Of a stretch of DNA of 39,783 nucleotides, positions 9,141 to 21,100 are shown one piece after another. The notes beneath the pieces were generated by a model. That model worked only from the letters and a program-made list of their open reading frames with translations. It did no database searches and had not been told where the DNA came from. Every line of letters starts with the position of its first letter. The stretch's first letter is position 1. The translations under genes were made by a program, and so were the position numbers. This DNA comes from a virus (taxonomy: Duplodnaviria; Caudoviricetes), in the IMG/VR virus record IMGVR_UViG_3300032303_002095, positions 1 through 39,783 of that record; one strand, written 5' to 3'.

Positions 9141-12100
9141 TTGCTATCCTCAAGCCCTTGTATCATTAATTTTAAGAGGGTTTTTAAATTGTTAGTTTCG
9201 TTTAATTTTCTTCTTCTTTCTTTTTCAATTCTTTCTTGCTCTTCGTACTCTCTTTCCGCTTTTGCTTCTTGCATTAGGTCAAATTTAAAAAACTCTAAAT
9301 CAATTGGGAACCTAGAGCCATCGTCCCCTGAGTAGAGCATTTCCCACATTAAAATAGCTTTATCCATATTTTTATAGTCTGTATAGACATTTACTTCATA
9401 GGGAGAAGAACCATCTTTTTCAATATTTTGATTAAGCATGTAGATATAATTTCCTTGATTATTTATTCCTTTATTCCGTCTTCCACCTGACTCAAGCGAA
9501 AATTTTAAACTCTCAAGAATTCTAGCTCTTCTAGATTTTATGTATTCTCTAACTGCATCAAACGCTCTGTATCTCTTTAAAATTCCTAAGTATGACATAG
9601 GATCATCAATTTTAACATTTGCTTTAAGTTTGTCATACTCCATTACTCCACCCAAAACAACAGCTTCATACTCTTCAATACATCCGACACCAGATCCTGG
9701 AAGAGCAAAAACTCTACTAGCAGGGATTTTTTTAGACAATAGCATATCAACAGCTATGTTTTCTCGGTCTACGTCTACACTACTGTATACGTCTCTAAAC
9801 TGAGCTGCTGTAGGCAGGTTAAATGTCCAAGAAGACAGAGGACGCATTTGAATTTCTTTATCTATTTCTTTTGTCACTTTTCCTAGTCCCAAGGAGCCTT
9901 CTTCCAGTACTTGACCTCTATATACATATACAGAGTCAACCTCAAGATTCTTTAACGTTTCTTGAGTGTTTTTATACTGAGACTCGATAAAAAGATCAAT
10001 AAGAGAAGATATTTCAGGACTATTACGTAGTGCATTTATATCTTTTTCTGTCTCATCAGAGTTCTCCCAAGGATAAGCTTTATCCAGATTAAAAATCTTT
10101 TCGACACGTTCTTGAATAAAAAGACTAAGCGGGTTATCATCATTAGAGCTTTGTGCCCAGTTTTGAATAAGAGTAGATACTCCTCTTTCGACAAAAAGTT
10201 TTTCTATTTTGTCTTTAAAGTCTGAATCATTACTGACTACAAATTTTCCAGCGGTTATTGCACTAATTATGTTTCCATCTCTATTTAAGTTAATGAGTAC
10301 CCCAGCGGCAGACTTTTCAGCTTTACCCTCTGCAAGTTGCGAAATTTCTTCAAAAGTCTGTCCTCCATTAGAGAAGGGTGAATCTGGATTTAAGGCTTCT
10401 TTATATATTTTATCTGCCAAAGATCTTAAGCTATTAAGAGCTAAATTAGTAGCTTCTTCTTTTGATTCAGGCCGTTCAATAGAGAGGAAGTTGTAGAACA
10501 TATCTACAATCTTTTCCTCTTTTTCAGTTATAAAAAATAGAGTGTTGTGGTTAGACCAGCCAATAGCAGACGTGGTATCGTCAAAGGCGTACTTGCCTTC
10601 AAGTGAAAGCATTTTTAGAGCCATGTCATCTATGGCCCTTATATTTGCTTTGCTAGAAGACAATAAATCTTGAACTAACCTAAAAGATTTAGCTGCATCG
10701 GAAGCACTAATTTTTGATAAAAGATCAGAAGTAATTCTGTCCGCAGTAATTGCTTTAAGTTTTTGAGGCATAAAAAGTTTAGTATTTGATAAAAACTTCC
10801 ACGAGGAATTTTTTAAACTTTCTGCAAAAATATTGTCAACTATGTCTAAAGTATCTCGTCTGACTCCTTCTTCAGCTCCTAGAGTAGTTGGGTATTTGAT
10901 ATCTCCATCTTTTATACCAAATGTCTCAAATACATCTCCAGAAGCAAAATTAGAATCAGACTTGGGAGCCATTCTATCAATTTCAGGCTGGTTAGATTGA
11001 CTACTCTTGCCAAACATACGGCCCATAAAGTACTTAACTCTTTGAGAAATCTTAACGTCTCTCAAATCTAATGGGACTTCTAAGAATAGACCCTTAGAGC
11101 TTTTAATTCTACTCAGTGCAACATATGTTTGTCCCTCAGCAAAAGCTCCTGTTTTCTGAGACTCTCCAGTTTCAGGATCTCTAATTCCATATTTAATTAA
11201 TGCTGCATCTAGGGTCTGACCCTGAGCTTTGTGTACAGTAATTGCATATCCAAGTTTAAAAGGATATTGTATATATTTTCCAGCTGGGTCCATCTTTACA
11301 GTTTCTTTTTTATTACCGCCTACAAATTCTGTAGATAGTCTAATCTGTTGATCAACAAATTTTGATTTTTGAACTTCTCTTGGTACCATATTCCCCTTTT
11401 CATCAGGGATCAGTGCCGTAATAGCAAAATTAGTGGGATTTCCAGAGTCATCCCATTCAATGGGTTTAATGTCTTGAATTGTTCCAACTGTTCCATTTAC
11501 CCAATATGCACCATTCTGCACAAAAATTATTTGAGCACCTTTTTTCATTTTTAAGTTTACTTCAGGGAGATTTCCTCTTTCTGCATCAGCTGCTTTTTTT
11601 AATCTTTCTACAGAAGCATTTTCCCCGCTAAAGGTACCAACTAGTGTATACTCAGGTTCATTTACTTGAGCAAGTTTTTCCGCATTTGTAGTTTTAGCAA
11701 GAGCATTTGTAGGAACTAATGCCGGAATAACGCTTGGGATTCCAGTTTTTTTATTCTCTTCACTTACTTGCCATAGCCAATTAAGATCTGCTTGAGTAGC
11801 TTCACCTTTTTGTACTGCACGAAGAACTCTAATAAATTCTTTATCTGAATCCTCACTCTGTCTATAAAGCACCGAGAGCTGAGACCCCTGCATTGGAAAC
11901 TCTTTAAATACTGCAGCATCAAAGAACCATGGACTAGCATATGTTTCTTTGAATGTCTTAGTATATTCATCCCTATCGTCAACAACCGGAGAAAGCTGAT
12001 AAGGATCACCAACCATAACTAGTTGTACTCCACCAAAAGGCTTATCGATTTTTCCGCGAACAGCTCTGAGCATCCTATCAATCAAATCTAAGGTATCAGC

Positions 12101-15100
12101 TCTAACCATAGAAATTTCATCCAAAACTAAAACATCCAAATTTTTTAAAATAGCTGTTTTTTCAGGATTTAAACTTTGAATCCACAATCCGATATTATAA
12201 TCTTTTTGTGGTTTATAGGGGTCCATTTTTAGTAGAGAGTTAATTGTAACTCCCTTAACATTTAGTGCAGCAATTCCGGTCGGAGCTGCTACTGCAGAAG
12301 CTACCCCCGTGTCTTTAAGAATTCCAATAAATTGGTTGACAATAGTACTCTTACCGGCTCCGGCTTCACCAGTCAAAAAGAATGGTTCTTTTGTCTGAAG
12401 TAGAGTATCAAGTACTTCTTGCTGCTCTTCACCAAGTCTAAATTGTTTTGGCTCATCTGGTTCCATTCCAGAAGATCCATATGAAATTTCTCCTGGGTCT
12501 CTATTTGACATTTTATCAATAATAGAAACTTCCCCAGGTGCCGTATATCCTTCTAACTTAGAAGTATTATATGAGTCAGGGATACTAATCCCAGATATTG
12601 ATTCATCATTAATAATTCTTTTATTTAGAAGCTTAGTACTAACTTCATCAATAATAGGTTTAATAGAGTTTTTATCGAGGTATGGAAGGATCTGAAGAAG
12701 CTCTGATTTACGTTTTTCAGTAAGTACACCGTCTTCAGCAATGGCTTGCTCAACTACATCTATATCAGATAGAGCAGGGGGATTTGTTTCATTTTTACTA
12801 TCTGTAATAGGTAGCTTTGGAGCCATCTTGTCAATTGAGTCAGACTTTTCATTTTGAGCAAGTTTTCTATTAATAAAATCAGCAACGTTTGTAAAACTTT
12901 GAGGCTCTCGCTGAGACTCTACGGGTGCAGGTACTGGCGCAGGAGTCGGTTCTACCTCGGGGGCGGGCTCAGGGGCGGGCTCAGGGGCGGGAGCAGGCTT
13001 ACTGGGTTTTTCGGGCTCGGGAGCTTTTTCTTCCTTAAGAGGCTTACCGTTTTCATCTTTAGTTGGAGAGTAGTTTTTAACTTTGCTTGTTAGGTCTTCC
13101 GTTCGAAGTGCTGGTTCCCCGTTTACGTCAGTGTAGTATTTATTGACTAGCTCATCAATTGGCCAACCGTTGTCCATTCTCCAAACTAATTCTCTTTCAT
13201 TTAGTTTTTCAATAATAGGATTAAAGTCAGATCTATTTTTAATTTCATCAAATTTTTTATTCAGCTCTGTTTTTTCAGAATCTGAAAAAATTCCAGGATA
13301 GATCCCAGAGTTTACTCTTCTATGGAACGAAGCATTTTGCCGCTCAGATAAGTTTTTATTGTAGGGTAGGTCTTTATACGGATATTCATTTTTATCAGAA
13401 ACTACTTGATTTCCCTTGACTTTTTGAGTAGCACCATCAGTTTTTTGATCTAAAGGTGTCCCTCTAACTTTATATTGTCTCAAATTATCGTAGTTTTTCA
13501 ACATCTCTAGAATTTTATCCGCGCCAGATTTTGTTATAAATTTAAACCTAGCTAAGTTTACAATTGCCTTAAACATGGTGTCAGAAAGATAGCCAAAGTT
13601 ATTTAATCTAGCCGCAGTATAATTAATTCTGTCCATGTTATTTAAGGTATTTCCCATATTTTTACCAAGATTACGGACCGGAGTATCGGGTAGGGTTGGA
13701 ACTTGGTTTTGAATTGGAAGTAACTCTTGAATTTCAATTTCATGCTTACGGTGAACTGGTCGCCCATCACTGTCATAGCCAATAAGTTCCGAAATTTCAA
13801 CAATGCCTGGAGATACAAATTTAGAGACTCTACCCTTAATACCAGTCTCACGCTGCACTACATACATAGAGTCATCAAATAGAATTGGGTTATCGCTAAC
13901 TTTCATAAACGACTGCGTAACATCTTCTAAATCATCTAGACTTACAATTCTATCTTCATAGATTCTTTGGTCATTTACTGAATAAGCATGATCAAATGTT
14001 GCATCGTCAGACGTTCCCTTTGTGAAGCTCCTACTACCATTCTTTTGTAGATTGTTTGGGTCATCATCTGCAGGAATAAAGTCTGCATCATCAACTAGTC
14101 CACCAAGAATTCTTACTGATACTCCACCAAGGTTTGTCAGAAAGACTTGTTGAGTCTCATCATCTCTATTTTCTATTAAATTATGCCCAAAAACTTGAGC
14201 AATTTCATTTGTAGATTTGATTCGAACATAGGTACCGGGGTGGAAAATTTCATATAGGTTTTCATCTTGATCTGGTAAATATCTACTAGATACTCCTTCA
14301 ACATCCCCGCCCCACATGCCAATCTTAGCTGCCATCTTATCAATTTCAGCTTCTCGAACTTCGCTATCAGTTCCGTACATATCGTTTGAGTTAAAGATAA
14401 GCGATGGGTGTATGTCACGAGGGAAGGGTCGATCTTTGAACGGAACGTCTATTCCGGTTTCGCCAAAACCATTATCAAGAACTTGAGCGTTATCATTATC
14501 TTGAAAATAGTTGGTAATTACTCGGACGGGGGTAAACCCAATATCAAGTCTTTTAGAAGCTTCTACTCGGTGGTTTCCGTCCGCGACGAATGCTTTATTG
14601 TTTGAGGGGTTATAGAAAATAATTGCTGGAGTTTTAAATCCTCTACCAGATCGAATATCTTCAATTTTCTCTAATACTCTATCTTCATTCTCTATGTAGT
14701 TCCCTTTGAGCGCACTAAGAAGTTTGGTTGAGACATATCCAACTACAGAATTGTCTGAGCCTAGCCCACCCTCTGGGTCATCGGAAGTGTAATCTTTTAG
14801 GTTGGGGTGAAGAATTTCACCATATGACTGAGCCATATAGTTGGGAGCCATTTTGTCAAGTTGATTAACCTCTAAAGAGTCGGCTTTTTTCAATAAATCT
14901 TCTAGTTTTTTACGCTCTTCTTCTCTTCTCTCAGTTGGACCTAAAAATAGCGAGTCATCTGTATCAGCCGTTTCTGACCAGTATTTTCCTCGGGGGGTTC
15001 TTGAGCTGGAGTGAAGAATCCTGCTCTTTGGAGAATTTTGACGCGTAAAAACAAGAAGAGCGGTGGCAAGACCTCTTCTACGATGAGACATCTTTGTATC

Positions 15101-18100
15101 AACATATTTAATTGCCGTGTCATCTTCAAGATCTGTTTCGTAGTTAGAAGTAAGTAAATATGACTTCGGGAAAAATTTCATATCAATTCTTCCTCTAATA
15201 GTATCTTCAGAATCAGAGTAGCTAGAATCTAATATTGATTGTTTAGTTGCATCATCTAGATCTCCCTCAAACGCGTATGCCCACGTTTGAGTTGTCGACC
15301 CCAGACCATAATAGGTCCTGCCATTAAAACGAGTTATTCCAAATAAGATGTCACGATCTTTTTCAGTTAGCCCACTAAGCTCGGCATTTTTAAAGAATAA
15401 TGTGAATACTGTTCCACGCTTATCAGTGTACAATCCAAAAACTTTTGAAGTTGTTACTTTTGCACTCTTTGATACTTTATCTGACACATATTTTGGAATT
15501 TCCATGTCTTCAAATGTTGAAACTTTAGATTGAAAAGAACTTTCATCTATTTCAACTCTTCTAGAGACATTTTCAGAAGTATTAGTATTTTTAGAACTCT
15601 TTTCATATTCGGACTGAAAATAACCTTCGTAAAGATCTTTAAGGGTCTTAGCTCTGGAAACAAAATTATATTTAGCATTGGTGACAGCAGCGGTTGCTAC
15701 AAAGTCTGCCATATTTAAGTAATTTAAGCGGTTTTGTGCATCTATTGCTAGAGTATAGGCTGCATCAATTGCCTGCATTTGTTGGGGGTTCTCAATAGGA
15801 GTTCCATCTGGCTTTAAGGCGTTAGAGTAGAAGTATTCTCTATCTTCAAACTCGACAATAATCTGATCGTCATTAATCAGTAAGTCAATAGTTTTAAATT
15901 CAGGTGTCTCGGGAGCCATTCTGTCAATTCCAGGATCTCTAGGAATGATTGGGAATGGCCTCTTCTTGTACCTGTCACTAATAGGAGTGCTACGAATTTC
16001 ATAAAAAAAGTCAGCAAATTTACGAATAGGGCTGTTTGCTGGAATTCTTATGCCTTTAATTTCGTGCATAAGGAAAACTCTCCAAAGTTCCGCAAAACTT
16101 TCTTTATGGTTTTCAGAAGCATACTCCGAAATTGGGTGCAGTCTTGGATCAAGTTGATACCCAAGACCGATAAATTTTTGGAATACGGGGTCATTTGTAT
16201 CATTACCACCCGTCCTTAATTCAAGAACTAAGTGTCCATACTCATGGGCAAGATCTTGTAGTAGTCTATTATCAAGCTCTCTCCCATTATTTGATGCCCA
16301 GTTTCCATCTACACCGGCTCCGCGTTTTCTGGAATCAATATCAAGAACAAGAAATGCACCATCTTCAGTTAGGTATTTGTAGCCAGTCCAGTCTTCGTTT
16401 TTTGTTGGACCTGTAAATAAAACTTTGCCTGGTGCAAATTTATTAGATTTTGTTAGCGTAATAGATACTGGGAAATCTTCAAGAGCATCAATCTCGTGCA
16501 TCTGCTTAACTTGTTTAATTACACTATTAAGTGATTTACGTGCATCTTGGTCGTTGTCAAAATCAGACTCTTTCCAACGAATAGTTGTGTTTGTCCCGTC
16601 AACACGGACAACGCGCATACGCTCGGTTTCTCTACGCTGCTCCGAGATTTTTTTATTAAAGAATTTCATCAAGTCATTTAAATCAGACTCCGTGGCAGTT
16701 TTATTATTGGCAGTAAAATTATCGTGATAGAGCCGCATGAAAGATACATTGCTACGGTAGTTACTAGAATCTACAGGGTCTGGAAGAGTTCCAGCGGATC
16801 CTGAGCTATCTCTAAATGTTGGAAGACCTTCAAGCCATCTTACTTTTTGACCGTTAGCAAGAGTATTCTGAGTTTCTTCAAACTTTTTAAGGGCATCTCC
16901 CTTTAATTCTTTTGCTCCGGAGTAGCCGGCTGATTTAGCCCTACGCTGGCCAGTTTGCATAAGAACCTCTTTGCCGTCAAGATCCATAGCATTTGATAAG
17001 TTAATTGTTGGTCGGTAACCACTATTTACTGCTCTAACAATAAAGGCTTCAAAATCAGAATTTTTTTCATCAGATTCATTTAGTCGTTTAGCAAAAAAGT
17101 CCGCAAACATTTCGCCAAATTCACTGGCACCATTTGACTTTTCATTGATATCAAATTTATTTTTAAATATTTCTTCTAGTTCCGTGGCTGACTTGCCTGC
17201 TTTAAATCCGGCTCCAACGACGGAGCCATATAGTGCAATACCATACTGTTTTAAGAACTCTCCAATAAATGGAGCAAGCTGAGTGTCTACACCATCTTCT
17301 TCTTTTTGCTTGATTGGCCCAAACATTCTCTCTGAGATAACAATGTTGATTCCGCTTTCATCAAAAGTGGTAAAACCTTTAGTTCTGTCACTGCCAGTGA
17401 GTTCCTTCATCCACTCGGGGTCAGCAAGTGTAACTTTAACTTTAGATCCTCCAGGAGGAGTTAAGTCATTGACAACTTTCATTACTTGGGAAAGAAGACC
17501 AAATGCTTTTTTAGTTACTTTGCCTTTACTGCTGTATCTAATTTGAACATTGCCCATCTCAAAAACTTGATCATAGACTCGCTTTTTATTTTCTTCCATC
17601 CAAGCATCATAAAGTTTTCTTTCACGTGCAATACGCTTCTCGTGCTTGGGGAGATTGATTAGATCCGATAGGGGGATATTTGGATACTTGTCTTCAAGGA
17701 ACTCTTCAAATGTGTAGCTCTTTGAAAGATCTGTTTTTTCTCCGTCAGGAATAATATCTGAAACATTTTTTAGAGCACTGGGCACGGGAATTTTTTCTTT
17801 TACCGATAGTGCTTTAAGATTTTTAAGAACATCTCCAAGGTTCTCTGCGCGTTTGTAAAATTCTGTAGAGAGTAGGGGGTTAGATTCAATAATATTTAGA
17901 ACAGCTTGTCTAGCTTCGTTTAGCGGCATCTGACTAACAAGTCGGAGAAGTTTTTGCTTATCAGTATCAGAGATACCAAGCTGCTCTAATTGATCTCTAA
18001 GTACTTGAAGTAGGGGGGCATTTTTCTCGTTTTTTGCCCATGCAATATCTGCTTCCGAAATTATAAATGATGGAGTATATGGTTTTCCCCACTCGGGGAA

Positions 18101-21100
18101 CTCACCTGCAGGCATTTTTTCTTGCGCTTTACGGACATTCTCGAGTGCTAATAAGGTATCAATAGCAATCTTTTTATCTTCATCAGACATACCAGTAAAG
18201 TCCATCTCAGGAATATCGGCAGGAAGTGGGAGTGGGAGGGTAGACTTCTCCGATGAATCTGGCTCGGCGGAGGTGGTAGTTGGAGTAGCAGATGTAGCAG
18301 GCGCTGACTCAGATACTACAGGTTTTTTACCAATAACGTCAATTTGAGCAGTATTTCGAACTTCAAGTGAGGTGATCTTTCCATCTGAGTCTTGCAAAGA
18401 TATTTTAAGCCACTGGTCATTGACAGGGGTTATATTGACAATAGTCCCAGATTTTTTCTTATCAGTTAACGGGATATAGACCCTATCCCCAATTTTAAGC
18501 TCAGAAGCACTAGCAGAGTAGGATTCTTCCTCTGTTGTAGTCGTTGTAGTAGATCTACGAACAGGGATAAAATCACTAATGATGCCGCTAAGGTTTCGCA
18601 TTAATGAATCATTAATATCTCTTTGAGCGGCAACAATTGCAGTTCTATATTCTCTACTATTTACAATATTTTCTCCAAAGTACTTAACTCTAGAGGGGTC
18701 CATCATTACTGCAGTGGCAAAGTCGGAAAAAATCTCTTTTACTTTTTTACGAGCCTCTGCTCGAGTGATATCAGGGTTTTCATCAAGTAACTTACGAAGA
18801 ATTGTCTCAAGGCTTTGTAACGAGTCTACTAGAGCCATATCAATAGTGATGTCTCGAACATTTGCAATCGCCTCAACCCGATCTTCTTCTGAGAGGGTTC
18901 CAGCTTCAATCTGCTGCTTAATCCACTTCCAGTAGGCCTTGTTGCCCTCCGGGTCTTCTAGTTTGAAGACAGGCTTTTCGCCTATCTCTGAGACAAAAGA
19001 TTCAATTTGAGCATTAAACTCATCTTCAAAAAGTTTTTCGCCAGAAGAGTTTGATTTCTTTTCTCTATTTTTAAAGACTGCTTTGTTGACATTGTCTCCA
19101 AAAATATTTGTATAAAGCTCTCGAATAACGTTACCTGTGGCCGCAATGAAGGGAGTGCTATTTTTTAAAAACTCTAAAGCTTGACCTTTAGTTCCGTCTG
19201 GATTTGCATCAAAAAACCTTTTTAAAATTTTTGCTACGTCTTCTTTAACAGTTTTTCGGAAAATATTTTCTGAAATATCGAAAGCTAAATTAATTGCTTC
19301 TTTGAGGTCAGCCTGAGTAATTTTGCCTTCCTTAACTTTTAATTTGATCCAGTCCCAATAATCTTTACTGTTTAGCTCTGGTTTAGTAGAAGTTGAGGTA
19401 ATGAGAACAACGTTATTTGTTCCTACGCTGACGGGCCCCTTGCTTCTAAATACGTCCTCGAGCACCATTTTATTGTTAGCAACGGAGACTTTTCCGTTAG
19501 AAAAAGTAATATTTGTGTGATCATCATACTCTTTTGAAGGAGATAAATTAGTGACAGTCACTAGGGTGTCTGTGTAGTTTCCGTCGTCTCCCTTTAAAAG
19601 GTAGATAAACATATCCCCAAGTTTAAGATCTTTTGGAGACAGATCACCAGCATGCTTATGGGTATTTGGGATCTTTTCTAAAACGGTTGCCTTACCTTGT
19701 GATGTACGAACAATAAGATTTTCTAGGTCCCCAACAACTTTTCTAAACATATTTTTTATTTTTGTCAAAGAATTATTATTCTCTGCCGTAGACAGATCGT
19801 CTAAAGATCTTATACGGAATAAGTATGAAAGTCCAGAGCTCATGCGGCCCAGAGCTTCAGCAAAATGAGATTCTGCCTCTTTAACACCCTGGGACGTTTC
19901 TAGGTCATATAATTTTTTAAATTCTTTTATAGCCTTAGCCATTAAAGTCTCGATGAGGCTATCTCTTTGCTCTACAAATCTATCAAATTCTTCTTGCGTT
20001 GGGTTCGGTGAGAGTTTTGAAGATAAAAAGTTTTTAATAGCGTCTTTATCTTTTTTAGGAAGAGACTCAATAAATCTTCCATATGTTTCCTCGGAATTAT
20101 CAAAAATATTGTCATAGTACTTAATAGCAGACTCAATGGTTGCCTTGAGAGCCTTAAAATTTTTAACTACTCCACTAGATTTAACTAAATAATCAAATGA
20201 AGATGTATTTGTAAAATCAGGGTTGTCATCTGGTTTCGACTCTGTCTTTAGGCTAAGACTATACGATATAGTGCCATCGTCATTTCTTTTTGCTTTTATA
20301 GTTAATTTTCTAGAATTGCCTTCAGACTTCCCATAGCCGATTACACTATTTCCATCTTTATCTTCTTTATGCTGAGTAAGCTTTTTTCCGTCCCTAGTTT
20401 TAATTGACTCTACAACACTGTCAATGCTTCCTTTTTCGTCTTCCTTGAGGCTCGCCTCAATCTCGGAAATTTTTGCTCGTTCTTTGGAGACCATCTGATT
20501 TAGCTCTTCGACAGCGTATCCTGAGTCCTTCCTATCATTAAGGCGCTTGTCAACTTGATCCTGAAGCTGTTTGATTAAATCTTTTTTCTCGTCCGTAGAA
20601 AGTTTAGAGATATCCGTAGCAAGAAGACTGGGCGTAATAGTAATTTCACCAGAGTCTAGTTGTTGCTTGAACTCTTCGTAATACTTGTCGGCATCAGCAT
20701 CTAAAAGAGCATAAAACTCAGTATCTAGGTCGTCATACTCTTTGCGGAAGCTCCCATCGTCCGCCATCCGATCTTTTCGCAGGTCAGCATCTTTAAGCAC
20801 ATCTTGTCGATAACTATCAAACATGAAGCGCGCACCGTTTCGAGCTGCTTCACGGAGCTGTTCGTCAGTGGCATCTGGGTTATCTTCGAGCAGCTTCTGC
20901 ATGGCAGCGCGAGAATCGCTCTTCTGCATGTTGACTTGGACATTATTACCGTCTTTGTCTTTAGCTTCAGTATTTTGTACATAATCACGGATACGAGTAA
21001 GCGAGTCTCGAAGCTTGCTAAGAAGATCTTTGTTGGCGGTACCGACATTGTCTGGGTTTAGTTTTTTATTAAGAGCCTCAATAAGTTTTGCGCGATCTGC

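Noticed and set aside
10610-10640. AIDDMALK as an additional DKM site
   Set aside because: It has an acidic residue at the K/R position and lies in an apparently helical region rather than a linker, so it was not counted.
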